A program made the translations under genes and the position numbers. Shown here in pieces: positions 52,913 through 63,877 of a stretch of 64,000 nt of DNA. Position 1 is the stretch's first letter, and every line of letters starts with the position of its first letter. Location of the stretch: positions 59,496 to 123,495 of the forward strand of contig JAYKGY010000070.1 in assembly GCA_035285545.1 (NCBI GenBank), written 5' to 3'. The stretch comes from Snowella sp. (GTDB lineage Bacteria; Cyanobacteriota; Cyanobacteriia; Cyanobacteriales; Microcystaceae). Under the pieces are notes generated by a model, which was not told where the DNA came from, did not search any database, and saw only the letters and a list, made by a program, of their open reading frames with translations.

Positions 52913-52959
52913 AGATGCGTAAAAGTACACCTTTAGAATTTATCTCCCCTTGCCACACT

Positions 52960-53295
52960 TTATAAAAGCGATTCAAATTCCCGTCTCAAAATATCGAGAT
53001 TAGAGACTCTTGCTACTAGAAGATTGTCATTGCCAATGTGGGCAAATTCACTTTTCCATTGATGAATAGTTTCTTCGTGGCGTAACCAAAAGTTAATGAT
53101 ACTTTTAACCACATTATCCCAATCCCAGTCAGGCTTTTGGGGGATTAGATCGGTCGCTTGGATAAACCCCTCTAACGTACATTGATAACTACCCAGATAG
53201 GTGGTACTCCGTTGAGGATTTTGTTCAACTTCTTGCTGATAATTAAAAAAGGTAAAAATGGGGGTAATTCCAAGAATGTCAAAGGTATAGGACAT
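52960..53295 (-). CDS. Conserved hypothetical protein
   Basis: 111-aa ORF with an ATG start; Y.F.ILG..P...FF..QQ, YLGS..CTL pattern. Confidence 0.65.
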   Translation of the reverse strand: MSYTFDILGITPIFTFFNYQQEVEQNPQRSTTYLGSYQCTLEGFIQATDLIPQKPDWDWDNVVKSIINFWLRHEETIHQWKSEFAHIGNDNLLVARVSNLDILRREFESLL

Positions 53296-53623
53296 AATTG
53301 AGCTTACTCACAACACGCAACAACTCCACATTTTAAGTCAAAATCCGGTTGTGGGATTGTATCAATCGCGTCTGAATACTTGAGGGCTGGTTTGCTTGCG
53401 CTGTCCCCGCATCCAACTGTCCATTGGACAAAATCCTGTTCGTGGCGTGATTTTACTTGTACGATCAAAATTGGGGAGAAAATTTTAATAGACCCAGTTA
53501 ATCATTAGAGTATGGTTATGAATTTGTTTTAACGGCTCTAAGCTTTATTATCAAGCAAAAGCTAAATTTAATTATCAGCCATGACAACTATTCGTTAATT
53601 TGCATTCTTATTAGGAAAATTCA

Positions 53624-54469
53624 ATGAAATCTCAATCTAGCGAAAACTGGTTTTCTATTCTGGGGGGAATTATCGCTGCCCTATTAGTGCTGGTCAGTTT
53701 AAATGCTTTTATTATTATTAATCCTGGCCAAGCGGGGGTGTTAAGTGTGCTGGGAAAAGCTCAAGATGGAACCCTGATGGAAGGTTTGCATTATAAGCCG
53801 CCCTTTATTTCTAAAGTGGATATTTATGATTTAACGGTACAAAAATTTGAAGTTCCGGCCCAAAGTTCTACCAAGGATCTCCAAAATTTAAGTGCCAGTT
53901 TTGCCATTAATTTTCGTCTTGACCCCATTCAAGTAGTAGAAATTCGACGCAAGCAGGGATCTTTACAAAATATTGTCTCTAAAATTATCGCCCCCCAAAC
54001 CCAAGAATCCTTCAAAATTGCGGCGGCGAAACGAACGGTTGAAGAGGCCATTACCCGACGCAGTGAACTTAAGGAAGATTTTGATGCAGCGCTGAGTTCT
54101 CGCTTAGATAAATACGGCATTCTGGTGTTGGATACCAGTGTGGTGGATCTGACCTTTTCGCCGGAATTTGCCCGTGCCGTAGAAGAAAAACAAATTGCGG
54201 AACAACGTGCTCAACGAGCTGTTTATATTGCCCAAGAAGCGGAACAGCAAGCCCAAGCGGATATTAACCGAGCCAAAGGAAAGGCCGAAGCCCAACGCTT
54301 ATTAGCCGAAACCTTGAAAGCTCAAGGGGGTCAATTGGTTTTACAAAAAGAAGCGATCGAAGCCTGGCGCGAAGGGGGGGCGCAGATGCCAAAAGTCCTC
54401 GTCACTGGGGATGCTAAAAGTGGCTCCGTGCCTTTTATGTTTAATTTAGGGGAGTTTGCTGATCAATAG
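53624..54469 (+). CDS. Prohibitin/SPFH family protein
   Basis: N-terminal TM, SSTKDLQ, AVEEKQIAEQ coiled coil. Confidence 0.9.
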   Translation: MKSQSSENWFSILGGIIAALLVLVSLNAFIIINPGQAGVLSVLGKAQDGTLMEGLHYKPPFISKVDIYDLTVQKFEVPAQSSTKDLQNLSASFAINFRLDPIQVVEIRRKQGSLQNIVSKIIAPQTQESFKIAAAKRTVEEAITRRSELKEDFDAALSSRLDKYGILVLDTSVVDLTFSPEFARAVEEKQIAEQRAQRAVYIAQEAEQQAQADINRAKGKAEAQRLLAETLKAQGGQLVLQKEAIEAWREGGAQMPKVLVTGDAKSGSVPFMFNLGEFADQ

Positions 54470-54563
54470 AATGATTGAAGTTTTATCCTTACCTATTCTC
54501 TTGTGCTTTCTACCCTAGATTTATCGCTATTCAATCATCATTTATTTTCAGGATTGTTTTCGG

Positions 54564-55058
54564 ATGGATATTTATCTTATTCGTCATGGCATTGCAGCCG
54601 ATAAGGAAGATTATGCTAACGATCGCGATCGCCCCCTCATTCCCAAAGGAGAAGAGAAAACCCAGCGAGTCGCACAACGCCTTAAAGCAATGGGTATCGA
54701 ATTTGAATTGATGCTCACCAGTCCCTTTGTCCGAGCCAAACAAACCGCCCAAATTCTATTTAATGTAGGGTTAGCGGCTTCGTTGGAAGATTATGAACCG
54801 TTGTCCCACGGGGGAGATCTCCGAGATTTTCTTCAGGATTGGGAAACTTCCCGCTATGTCCAACTCAAGGGAGCTTTAGCCCTAGTGGGCCATGAACCCG
54901 ATCTCAGCCAATGGGCAGAACAGCTACTTTGGGGCAATATACAGGAAAAAATGATTTTAAAGAAATCGGGCATCATTGGACTATCGGTTCCGACGGTTGG
55001 CTCTCCTTTGGGAAAAAGTCAATTATTCCTATTGATCTCTCCTAAATGGTTCGTTTAA
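54564..55058 (+). CDS. sixA: Phosphohistidine phosphatase SixA
   Basis: LIRHG, D..RPL, SP.VRA.QTA, VGHEP. Confidence 0.9.
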   Translation: MDIYLIRHGIAADKEDYANDRDRPLIPKGEEKTQRVAQRLKAMGIEFELMLTSPFVRAKQTAQILFNVGLAASLEDYEPLSHGGDLRDFLQDWETSRYVQLKGALALVGHEPDLSQWAEQLLWGNIQEKMILKKSGIIGLSVPTVGSPLGKSQLFLLISPKWFV

Positions 55059-55169
55059 ATTGGTGAGTGTTTCCTAACACTTTGCTCAAATAAATTAACT
55101 TTTTGAGAACAGTTTTACGGTAAGGTAACTGGAGATTCCTCCGCGATCGCTCTCGACACAGGTAGACCT

Positions 55170-56357
55170 ATGACAATGCAAGTTGATGACTTTAAAGATG
55201 GATTAGCTGGTGTGCCCGCCGCCAAATCTCGCGTCAGTTATGTTGATGGGGAAAAAGGAATTTTAGAATATCGGGGAATTCGTATCGAAGAATTAGCCGA
55301 AAAAAGTAGCTTTATTGAAACGGCCTACTTGCTAATCTGGGGGAAGTTGCCAACTCAGCAGGAATTAGACGACTTTGAAGACGAAATCCGTTACCATCGC
55401 CGCATTAAATATCACATTCGGGACATGATGAAATGCTTCCCTGGAACTGGCCATCCGATGGATGCACTACAAACCTCTGCGGCGGCCCTGGGTCTCTTTT
55501 ATGCCCGTCGTGCCTTGGATGATCCCAAATATATCCGAGCAGCAGTCGTCCGCCTGTTGGCCAAAATTCCGACGATGGTGGCAGCTTTTCACATGATTCG
55601 TAAAGGCAATGACCCCATTCAACCCAATGATGAGTTGGATTATGCGGGAAATTTCCTCTATATGTTAACGGAACGCCGACCCGATCCCTTAGCGGCCAAA
55701 ATTCTCGATATTTGCTATACCCTCCATGCCGAACACACCATGAATGCTTCGACCTTTTCGGCGCGGGTAACGGCCTCGACCTTAACTGACCCCTATGCGG
55801 TAATTGCTTCGGCGGTTGGAACCTTAGCAGGGCCCTTACATGGGGGAGCCAATGAAGAGGTTTTGTTAATGTTGGAAGACATTGGTTCGGTTAGGAATGT
55901 CCGCCCCTACGTCGAAAAATGTTTAACCACAAAACAAAAAATTATGGGATTTGGGCATCGGGTGTATAAGGTAAAAGACCCCCGTGCTACGATCTTGCAA
56001 AATCTAGCCGAGCAATTATTCGAGAAAATGGGCTACGACGAGTATTACGAAATTGCAGTGGAACTCGAAAGGGTGGTGGAAGAATATATCGGCAAAGAAA
56101 AGGGAATTTACCCCAATGTCGATTTTTATTCAGGCTTGCTCTATCGTAAATTAGGTATTCCGACGGATTTATTCACACCGATTTTCGCGATCGCCCGTGT
56201 TGCTGGTTGGTTAGCCCATTGGAAAGAGCAGTTAGCGGTGAATAAAATTTATCGCCCGACGCAAATTTATGTCGGTGAACACGATCAGAACTATATTCCC
56301 ATTGAGGAACGAGTTGTTAGTGTTTATGAGCATGAAATGAAAGTTGTTGGGGTCTAG
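55170..56357 (+). CDS. gltA: Citrate synthase
   Basis: LHAEH, NASTF, GPLHGGANE, MGFGHRVYK..DPR, YPNVDFYSG. Confidence 0.96.
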   Translation: MTMQVDDFKDGLAGVPAAKSRVSYVDGEKGILEYRGIRIEELAEKSSFIETAYLLIWGKLPTQQELDDFEDEIRYHRRIKYHIRDMMKCFPGTGHPMDALQTSAAALGLFYARRALDDPKYIRAAVVRLLAKIPTMVAAFHMIRKGNDPIQPNDELDYAGNFLYMLTERRPDPLAAKILDICYTLHAEHTMNASTFSARVTASTLTDPYAVIASAVGTLAGPLHGGANEEVLLMLEDIGSVRNVRPYVEKCLTTKQKIMGFGHRVYKVKDPRATILQNLAEQLFEKMGYDEYYEIAVELERVVEEYIGKEKGIYPNVDFYSGLLYRKLGIPTDLFTPIFAIARVAGWLAHWKEQLAVNKIYRPTQIYVGEHDQNYIPIEERVVSVYEHEMKVVGV

Positions 56358-56445
56358 GCCAAGACCATCGGGGTGATACATTTTGGCGGCTCACTGAGAG
56401 CTATGTCTAATCAAAATCAGCGAAACTGACTTAGGGATAATTACG

Positions 56446-57609
56446 ATGAAATTGACACAGCGCGTTAGTCAAGTTCCTCCCTCCATTACCTTGGAAATTA
56501 CCGCTAAAGCCAAGAAAATGCGGGAAGAGGGCATTGATGTCTGTAGTTTTACGGCGGGAGAACCGGATTTTGATACACCGCTCCACATTAAAGAAGCCGC
56601 TAAATTAGCATTAGATCAGGGTAAAACCCGTTACGGCCCCGCCGCAGGAGAACTCAAACTCCGAGACGCGATCGCCCGCAAGCTCCAGCAAGATAACGGC
56701 CTCAACTACAGCGCGAAAAATGTCATCGTCACCAATGGCGGTAAACATTCTCTGTTTAACTTGATGTTGGCCTTGATTGAAACGGGAGATGAGGTGATTA
56801 TTCCGGCTCCCTATTGGTTGAGTTATCCCGAAATGGTCAAACTGGCCGAAGGAACCCCCGTTATTGTTAGCACCACAGAAGCAAATGAATACAAAATAAC
56901 CCCGGATCAACTACGCCAAGCGATTACCCCTAAAACCAAATTATTTGTCTTAAATTCGCCCTCTAATCCCACAGGAAGTGTTTATACTCCCGATGAAATT
57001 CGCGCCTTGGCGGAAGTAATTGTTGAAAACGATATTTGGGTGGTTTCCGATGAAATCTATGAAAAAATTCTCTACGACGGCATCGAACATTTATCCATTG
57101 GGGCAGTCGGCGACGAAATTTTCAAACGAACGATTATTAGTAATGGCTTTGCCAAAAGTTACTCCATGACGGGATGGCGAGTGGGCTATCTCGCAGGGCC
57201 AGCGGAATTAATCCAGGCCGCCAGTATCATTCAAGGCCATAGTACCTCTAATGTTTGCACCTTTGCCCAGTATGGCGCGATCGCGGCTCTAGAAGACTCT
57301 CAAGATTGTGTCAAGGAAATGGTGGCCGCCTTTGCTGAACGTCGTAAGGTCATCGTTGAGGGCATTCGATCAATTCCCAAATTAAGTTGTCCTACCCCAA
57401 TGGGGGCTTTCTATGTGTTTGTGGATGTGAGTCAAACGGGGCTATCTTCCCTCGCTTTTTCCGATGCCATTCTAGAGCAACAGGAAGTTGCCGTCATTCC
57501 AGGGATCGCTTTCGGTGCGGATCAATGTATCCGACTCTCCTATGCCACCAGTATGGAAACCATTAAAACGGGATTAGCGCGACTGGAAAAATTTGTGAAT
57601 AATCTTTAA
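56446..57609 (+). CDS. aspC: Aspartate aminotransferase (class I PLP)
   Basis: [33 protein letters not shown]. Confidence 0.88.
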   Translation: MKLTQRVSQVPPSITLEITAKAKKMREEGIDVCSFTAGEPDFDTPLHIKEAAKLALDQGKTRYGPAAGELKLRDAIARKLQQDNGLNYSAKNVIVTNGGKHSLFNLMLALIETGDEVIIPAPYWLSYPEMVKLAEGTPVIVSTTEANEYKITPDQLRQAITPKTKLFVLNSPSNPTGSVYTPDEIRALAEVIVENDIWVVSDEIYEKILYDGIEHLSIGAVGDEIFKRTIISNGFAKSYSMTGWRVGYLAGPAELIQAASIIQGHSTSNVCTFAQYGAIAALEDSQDCVKEMVAAFAERRKVIVEGIRSIPKLSCPTPMGAFYVFVDVSQTGLSSLAFSDAILEQQEVAVIPGIAFGADQCIRLSYATSMETIKTGLARLEKFVNNL

Positions 57610-57774
57610 ATTTCAGCCTTAAGCCATCTTAAAACGCTAAAATAAAACCATAGCTCGAAATTTTGGTTTATATCGTTTTTTCTCAAATTGCAGGGAAGCA
57701 GCGATCGCGCCCAACGATAGCCCAATCACTAAAGAAATCTTTAAGACAGCGACAACGAGAGGAGAGAAGCAATC

Positions 57775-58257
57775 ATGGCTTATCAAAAAATTTTAGTCGC
57801 ATTAGACCGATCCACCTTGGGAGAAGCCGTTTTTCAACAAGCGGTAGATATCGCCAAACTAAAACAAGCTCAACTCCTCTTAATCCATTGCATTTCCATT
57901 GAAAATACGATTATTTCTCCCTATCCCAGCTTTTATAGCGAAGAAATGGTGAACTTTTCCCAACTTGTTCAAGAACGTTTTCAACAGGAAAGCCAAGACG
58001 CTCAACAATGGTTAGCCGAATGTGAAAAACGAGCCACAGAGCAGGGGATTTCCACAGAATCTCAATGGAAAATTGGCGATCCCAGCCGCTTAATTCTCGA
58101 ACTAGCTAACAGTTGGGGAGCGGACTTAATTGTGATTGGAAGACGAGGACTAACGGGGGTTTCGGAAATGTTTTTAGGGAGCGTGAGTAACTACATCCTT
58201 CACCATGCCCCCTGTTCTGTGTTAGTTGTTCAGGGGGAGGGATTCAACAATGAATAA
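57775..58257 (+). CDS. Universal stress protein
   Basis: YQKILVALD, GDP, DLIVIGRRG, LGSVSNY..HHAPCSVLVV. Confidence 0.93.
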   Translation: MAYQKILVALDRSTLGEAVFQQAVDIAKLKQAQLLLIHCISIENTIISPYPSFYSEEMVNFSQLVQERFQQESQDAQQWLAECEKRATEQGISTESQWKIGDPSRLILELANSWGADLIVIGRRGLTGVSEMFLGSVSNYILHHAPCSVLVVQGEGFNNE

Positions 58258-58323
58258 TTTCCGCTAGCGTAAAAGAAGAAGTTATTCAGTCAGTTAGTAC
58301 TACTCACTTAAACTATCAATCTC

Positions 58324-58731
58324 ATGGTTAATCGTGAAGTTGAACGATTTTCAATTCACTTCGGCTTCCTGTATGGATTATTGTCGAGTATTGTTTTGCT
58401 GCCACCGCATAATTGTTATGTTGAAGTTGATCGCCAGTGGATACGGGTACAAATGGGTTGGGCCTTTCGTACCCAATTTCCCCAATCAGCAATAAGGGGG
58501 GTTAGATTAACGAATTACGCGCCCTGGAGTCGGGGAGTGCATGGCTGGGGGAATCGATGGTTGGTTAATGGGTCAGGACAAAATATAGTGTGTGTTGAGC
58601 TTCAAACCCCGCAGCGTGCCTATGTGATCGGCTTTCCTATTCGATTGGAAACACTATTAATCAGCGTGACAGAACCCAGAAATTTTATCGCGTTAATCAA
58701 CTCCCACAGCGGGGACAATCTATCAGGCTGA
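58324..58731 (+). CDS. Hypothetical protein
   Basis: 135-aa ORF with VQMGWAF and GVHGWGNRWLVNGS motifs. Confidence 0.6.
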   Translation: MVNREVERFSIHFGFLYGLLSSIVLLPPHNCYVEVDRQWIRVQMGWAFRTQFPQSAIRGVRLTNYAPWSRGVHGWGNRWLVNGSGQNIVCVELQTPQRAYVIGFPIRLETLLISVTEPRNFIALINSHSGDNLSG

Positions 58732-58982
58732 TCTGGCCGCAGTTTTGGGCGCGTATTCAGCATTTTATCCCGATCAGGAAAGTTGGGGAACGGTAAAGGA
58801 TTGCGTTCTGTAATAATTTCTTGCCTTTATCAAGAATCATCGTAATATTAAAAGTCATAGTATCAACTCTTTGGAGTATGAAATTCTAGGGAATCTAAAT
58901 GATGAGTTTATTCGTCAGCTTTTCAATGATTAGTTTTTGCGTTTCCTAATTTCATTGCTCTATCTTTTCCACTTTTGGGTCT

Positions 58983-61900
58983 ATGCTACTGAGTATTGCG
59001 GACGTTTTTATTAAAAAGCCGGTTCTGACAACGGTTTGTACCATTGTGATTGTTTTGTTAGGGGCGATCGCGATTCCCCTACTGCCTTTGGCAAAATTGC
59101 CCGATATGGCCCCTAAACAGGTTACGGTATCAGCAAACTATGTCGGAGCCGATGCAAAGACAACGGAAGAAAATGTTACCACCGTTTTGGAGCGACAAAT
59201 CAACGGAACGGAGCAGGTAATTTATATGAACTCCGTGACTGATAATACGGGGATCAGCACCACGAACGTTTACTTTCCGGTGGAAATGGATCGCAATATT
59301 GCCCAGGTGTTGGTACAAAATAACGTAGCAATGGCGCAGTCTAGCTTACCCGAATCGGTTGCAAGACAAGGGATTACGACGCAGAAACAATCTCCCTCCG
59401 TAACGATCGCCTACGGGATTTTTTCAGAAAAAGATGCCCAGGGAAAGTTTATTTACGATGACATTTTCCTCAGCAATTTTGTGGATCGGGTACTGGTTAA
59501 CGAAATTAAACGACTCAATGGGGTAGGAAGTACCGCTATCATTGGGGCTGGACAGTATGCCATGCGATTTTGGCTTGATCCCAACGCGATCGCAGCGAGA
59601 GGATTAACCTCTCAGGATGTGGTTCAGGCCATTCAAACCCAAAACATTCAAATTGGGGCGGGGGGGGTTAACCTGCCGCCTGCGGCCACCGGCCAACAAT
59701 TTCAAATTAACGCCAGAGCCATTGGTCGTTTTGTCACCCCCGAAGAAGCGGAAGAAATCGTTGTTAAGGTGGGCGAAAATGGAACTTTGATTAAAGTCAA
59801 AGATGTGGGGTATGTTACCGTTGGTGCTCAAAGTTATCGACAAATCAGTCTTTTTGATGGTGCGCCCGCAGTTGCCTTTATTATTTATCAGTTGCCTGGT
59901 ACAAATGCCTTAAATACGGCGGATTTGGTACGGGAGAAAATGGCCGAACTCCAACCCCTCTTTCCGCCAGGGGTTAAGTCAGCCGTTGCGGTCGATAGTA
60001 CCCTCTTTGTGACGGCTTCTCTGGATGAAGCAGTTAAAACCTTAATTGAGGCGATTCTACTCGTATTTTTGGTTATTTTCGTCTTTCTGCAAAACTGGCG
60101 AACCACAATTATTCCGGCGATCGCGATTCCGGTTTCTTTGTTGGGGGCCATGGCGTTTGCCCTGGTTTTTGGCTTTAGCCTCAATCAATTAACCCTATTC
60201 GGCGTTATTCTCGCCACAGGTCTGGTGGTCGATGACGGGATTCTGGTAGTAGAAGCGATCGAAACCAAACTGGCTCAAGGAATGAGACCCCTTCAGGCTG
60301 CCTTGGATGCCATGAATGAGCTAACGGGGGCGGTAATTGCCACCTCTATCGTACTGATGGCTGTGTTTATTCCGGTCACCTTCTTTCCGGGAACAACGGG
60401 GATCGTTTATAAGCAATTTGCCTTAATTATGGCGTTTTCTGTCGCCATTTCTACCTTTAACGCTCTCAGCTTTTCGCCGAGTATGTCGGCCATTCTCATG
60501 CGTCCGAGGAAGAAAGATCATGGCCCCCTTTCCCTATTTTTTAATGCCTTCAATACATTCTTTGATTGGATAAAAGCTGGCTATACGAAGCTCATTGAAT
60601 TTTTAATCACCATTCGTCTGCTTGTTATTCCGGTATTTATTGCGGCTTTAGTCGCAACGGGCTGGATCTATACCATTACGCCGACCGGCTTTATTCCCGA
60701 AGAAGATCAGGGGTATTTCTTCATGCTAGGAAACTCACCACCAGGGGTTTCTATTGATTACACCAAAGAGATTATTCAACAGGTGACGGAAATTGTTCAA
60801 TCTAAAGAAGAGGTAGAACACGTTTTAGGGATGGGGGGATTTAGTTTCTTAGGAAACGATAGCAGTAAATCGCTCTTTTTCGTTAAACTGAAAAACTGGG
60901 AGGAACGTCCAGGGCAAAAACCCTCTGTTTTTGGGTTATTGCGTCGAATTAATCGCGAATTAAATGAAAAAATAACAGGGGCACAAGTTTTAGCCGTTAA
61001 TGCGCCTCCGGTGGATGGGTTGAGTAGTACGGGCGGCTTGGACTTCTATATTCAAAATCGGGGTGGTCTGCCCATGAGCGCCTTGACAGAAAATGTCCAA
61101 AAATACATGACAGAAGCCAGAAAACTGCCCGAATTAGACCCACGCACGGTGTTTACCCAATTTACCTTCGATGCGCCCTTACTAGAAATTTCGGTCAACC
61201 GCAATCAGGCAAATGCTCAAGGGGTTTTAATTAGTGATATTTTCAATACGTTGGGGACTTATCTCGGCTCAACCTACGTTAACCAATTTGTTTTAGACGG
61301 GCGACTCTATCAAGTTTATGCCCAAGCAGAAGGGGACTTTCGCTCTAATCCAGAGGATATTAGCCGTCTTTATGTGCGTTCTCAAACCGGCGCGTTGGTA
61401 CAGTTGGGGAATGTTGTGAGTGTTAAGACCATTACCTATCCCCCCATTGTGACTCACTTTAATGTGTATCCCGCGATCGATGTTCAGGCTTCCCCTGCGG
61501 CGGGTTATAGTACAGGTCAGGCAATGGCGGCAATGGAGAAGTTAGCCAAGGAAATCCTACCTCCAAGTTTTGGCTATGAATGGTTCGGAACCGCTTATCA
61601 AGAACAACAATCCGGTGGGGCTGCGCCGATTATCTTTGGATTAGCTTTTATCATGGTATTCCTCGTATTGGCTGCCCAGTATGAAAGCTATGTAGACCCC
61701 ACGATTATTATGATGACCGTTCCTCTAGCGATCTTGGGTGCAATGGGAGGAATTTTGTTACGGGCTAATGCTCAAATTGCGACAGGGGCGGTCTGGCCAA
61801 CGGTTAACAATAATATTTATGCCCAGGTAGCTTTGGTGATGTTAATTGGTTTGGCGAGTAAAAACGCCATTTTGATTGTGGAATTTGCAAATCAGGCAAT

Positions 61901-62285
61901 GGATTTGGGGATGAGCATTTCTAAAGCAGCGGCCTTTGCAGGGAAAGAACGTCTACGTCCCATTTTGATGACGGCTATTTCAGGGTTGGTGGGTTTTTGG
62001 CCCTTGGTGATTGCGTCAGGTGCAGGTGCGATGAGCCGTTGGTCATTAGGAACCGCTATTTTTGGCGGATATCTCGTTTCTACTTTGCTCAGTTTGTTTT
62101 TAGTTCCGGTTCTTTTTGTTGTCATCAAAGATATTGAACATCGCTTCTTATCGGGTGGTGGTGGCAAGTCAGGGGGAGGCAAAAATGAGAAAAAGCCAGA
62201 ACCCAGCCAAGAAACGGAAGCGGCTCCTCAAGAAAAGCCGGATGCTGTTCCGACGACTTTTCAAGCTTCTTCCCAAAACGAATAG
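58983..62285 (+). CDS. RND efflux permease (AcrB/HAE1 family)
   Basis: GLVVDDGILVVE, PEEDQG, LAAQYES, KNAILIVEFA, RLRPILMT. Confidence 0.95.
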   Translation: MLLSIADVFIKKPVLTTVCTIVIVLLGAIAIPLLPLAKLPDMAPKQVTVSANYVGADAKTTEENVTTVLERQINGTEQVIYMNSVTDNTGISTTNVYFPVEMDRNIAQVLVQNNVAMAQSSLPESVARQGITTQKQSPSVTIAYGIFSEKDAQGKFIYDDIFLSNFVDRVLVNEIKRLNGVGSTAIIGAGQYAMRFWLDPNAIAARGLTSQDVVQAIQTQNIQIGAGGVNLPPAATGQQFQINARAIGRFVTPEEAEEIVVKVGENGTLIKVKDVGYVTVGAQSYRQISLFDGAPAVAFIIYQLPGTNALNTADLVREKMAELQPLFPPGVKSAVAVDSTLFVTASLDEAVKTLIEAILLVFLVIFVFLQNWRTTIIPAIAIPVSLLGAMAFALVFGFSLNQLTLFGVILATGLVVDDGILVVEAIETKLAQGMRPLQAALDAMNELTGAVIATSIVLMAVFIPVTFFPGTTGIVYKQFALIMAFSVAISTFNALSFSPSMSAILMRPRKKDHGPLSLFFNAFNTFFDWIKAGYTKLIEFLITIRLLVIPVFIAALVATGWIYTITPTGFIPEEDQGYFFMLGNSPPGVSIDYTKEIIQQVTEIVQSKEEVEHVLGMGGFSFLGNDSSKSLFFVKLKNWEERPGQKPSVFGLLRRINRELNEKITGAQVLAVNAPPVDGLSSTGGLDFYIQNRGGLPMSALTENVQKYMTEARKLPELDPRTVFTQFTFDAPLLEISVNRNQANAQGVLISDIFNTLGTYLGSTYVNQFVLDGRLYQVYAQAEGDFRSNPEDISRLYVRSQTGALVQLGNVVSVKTITYPPIVTHFNVYPAIDVQASPAAGYSTGQAMAAMEKLAKEILPPSFGYEWFGTAYQEQQSGGAAPIIFGLAFIMVFLVLAAQYESYVDPTIIMMTVPLAILGAMGGILLRANAQIATGAVWPTVNNNIYAQVALVMLIGLASKNAILIVEFANQAMDLGMSISKAAAFAGKERLRPILMTAISGLVGFWPLVIASGAGAMSRWSLGTAIFGGYLVSTLLSLFLVPVLFVVIKDIEHRFLSGGGGKSGGGKNEKKPEPSQETEAAPQEKPDAVPTTFQASSQNE

Positions 62286-62442
62286 GCCGCAGCAAAAGTC
62301 AGGTTTCTTGGAACTGGAATGGTCGTTATGGATTGATGGGGAGTTGATGGGATTATGCCGTCAGTTCTAAAAGAAGCTAGTGGCAAAAGGCATTGAATTG
62401 TAAAGTAAAATAACGTAACGGTTTGCTCAACTCTATTTAGCT

Positions 62443-63447
62443 ATGTCTAACTTATCCCCATCTGACTCAACAACACCAACGCCCGAAATCCCAGGCGATC
62501 GCACTGCGAAAACCCGTCAACTTTTAGGAATGAAAGGGGCTGCCCCTGGCGAAACTTCGATTTGGAAGATCCGCCTGCAACTCATGAAGCCGATTACCTG
62601 GATTCCTTTAATCTGGGGGGTCGTGTGTGGAGCCGCTTCATCAGGGGAATATACCTGGACATTGGAAAATATCTTAAAGGTGTTGACCTGTATGCTGCTG
62701 TCTGGGCCGTTGATGACAGGTTATACCCAAACCTTGAATGATTTTTACGATAAAGAAATTGATGCGATTAATGAACCCTATCGTCCCATTCCGTCGGGTG
62801 CGATTTCCGTTCCTCAAGTTGTTACTCAGATTTTTGTTTTGCTGCTAGGTGGTGTGGGTATTGCCTATGTGTTGGATCTCTGGGCAGGGCACGAAACCCC
62901 GATTATGACCTATTTAACCTTGGGTGGCGCGTTTATTGCCTATATCTATTCTGCGCCTCCGTTAAAACTCAAGCAAAATGGCTGGTTAGGGAACTATGCG
63001 TTAGGTGCAAGTTATATTGCGTTGCCTTGGTGGGCGGGTCATGCGCTGTTTGGTGAATTGAATCCAACGATTATGATTCTGACTTTGATCTACAGTTTGG
63101 CGGGTTTAGGAATTGCAGTTGTCAATGATTTCAAAAGTGTGGAAGGCGATCGCCAATTAGGTTTAAAATCCTTACCTGTGATGTTTGGGATTACAACCGC
63201 CGCTTGGATTTGCGTGATTATGATCGATGTTTTTCAAGCAGGGATTGCCGGTTATTTGATCTTTATTAAAGAGAATCTCTACGCCGCGATCGTTTTATTG
63301 CTGATTATTCCGCAAATTACTTTCCAAGATATGTATTTTCTCCGAAATCCCTTGGAAAATGATGTTAAATATCAAGCCAGTGCCCAACCTTTTCTGGTTA
63401 TTGGAATGTTAATTACGGGGTTAGCTCTTGGTCATGCAGGGGTTTAA
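62443..63447 (+). CDS. chlG: Chlorophyll synthase
   Basis: RQLLGMKG, KPITWIPL, NDFYD.EIDAINEPYRPIPSG, NDFKSVEGD, DVKYQASAQPF. Confidence 0.97.
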   Translation: MSNLSPSDSTTPTPEIPGDRTAKTRQLLGMKGAAPGETSIWKIRLQLMKPITWIPLIWGVVCGAASSGEYTWTLENILKVLTCMLLSGPLMTGYTQTLNDFYDKEIDAINEPYRPIPSGAISVPQVVTQIFVLLLGGVGIAYVLDLWAGHETPIMTYLTLGGAFIAYIYSAPPLKLKQNGWLGNYALGASYIALPWWAGHALFGELNPTIMILTLIYSLAGLGIAVVNDFKSVEGDRQLGLKSLPVMFGITTAAWICVIMIDVFQAGIAGYLIFIKENLYAAIVLLLIIPQITFQDMYFLRNPLENDVKYQASAQPFLVIGMLITGLALGHAGV

Positions 63448-63457
63448 CAAATAAATT

Positions 63458-63503
63458 ATTTTGGCCGCATTTGCTAATTTTTTAGATGCAACTCGGCCAA
63501 AAT
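63458..63503 (+). terminator. Hairpin after chlG
   Basis: ATTTTGGCCG...CGGCCAAAAT stem. Confidence 0.5.
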
Positions 63504-63679
63504 TAAATTTAATTAGTGGATTTGAAATATTTTATAAGTTCTAGGTTTAAAGAGTAGCAAGGTTTCTACAGAGTTTAAGATTATTTAGAAAATTGTAAGA
63601 ATTCTGAAAAAATCAAAAAAAAGCAAAAATTGGGATATATTGCTTTAATAATAAGTAATCGGTATTAGGAACGTTGGGC

Positions 63680-63877
63680 ATGAATCGGGAAGAATTATTG
63701 CAGTTAATTGATCAAGCGGCAGAAGATGGACGAGAAGAATTACAATTTTTGTTTAAGGAATTAACAGAAATACCTGAAGAGATTTTTAAATTAAAAAACT
63801 TGAAAACTCTTGAGCTTAGTGATAACAAAATAAATAAAATTCCTAATTCAATTACAAAATTAAAAAATTTGACGTAA
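63680..63877 (+). pseudogene. 5' fragment of a leucine-rich-repeat protein truncated by an IS insertion
   Basis: MNREELLQLIDQAAEDG cap then LTEIPEEIFKLKNLKTLELSDNKINKIPNSITKLKNLT; the stop TAA lies inside the IS end GTAA. Confidence 0.8.
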
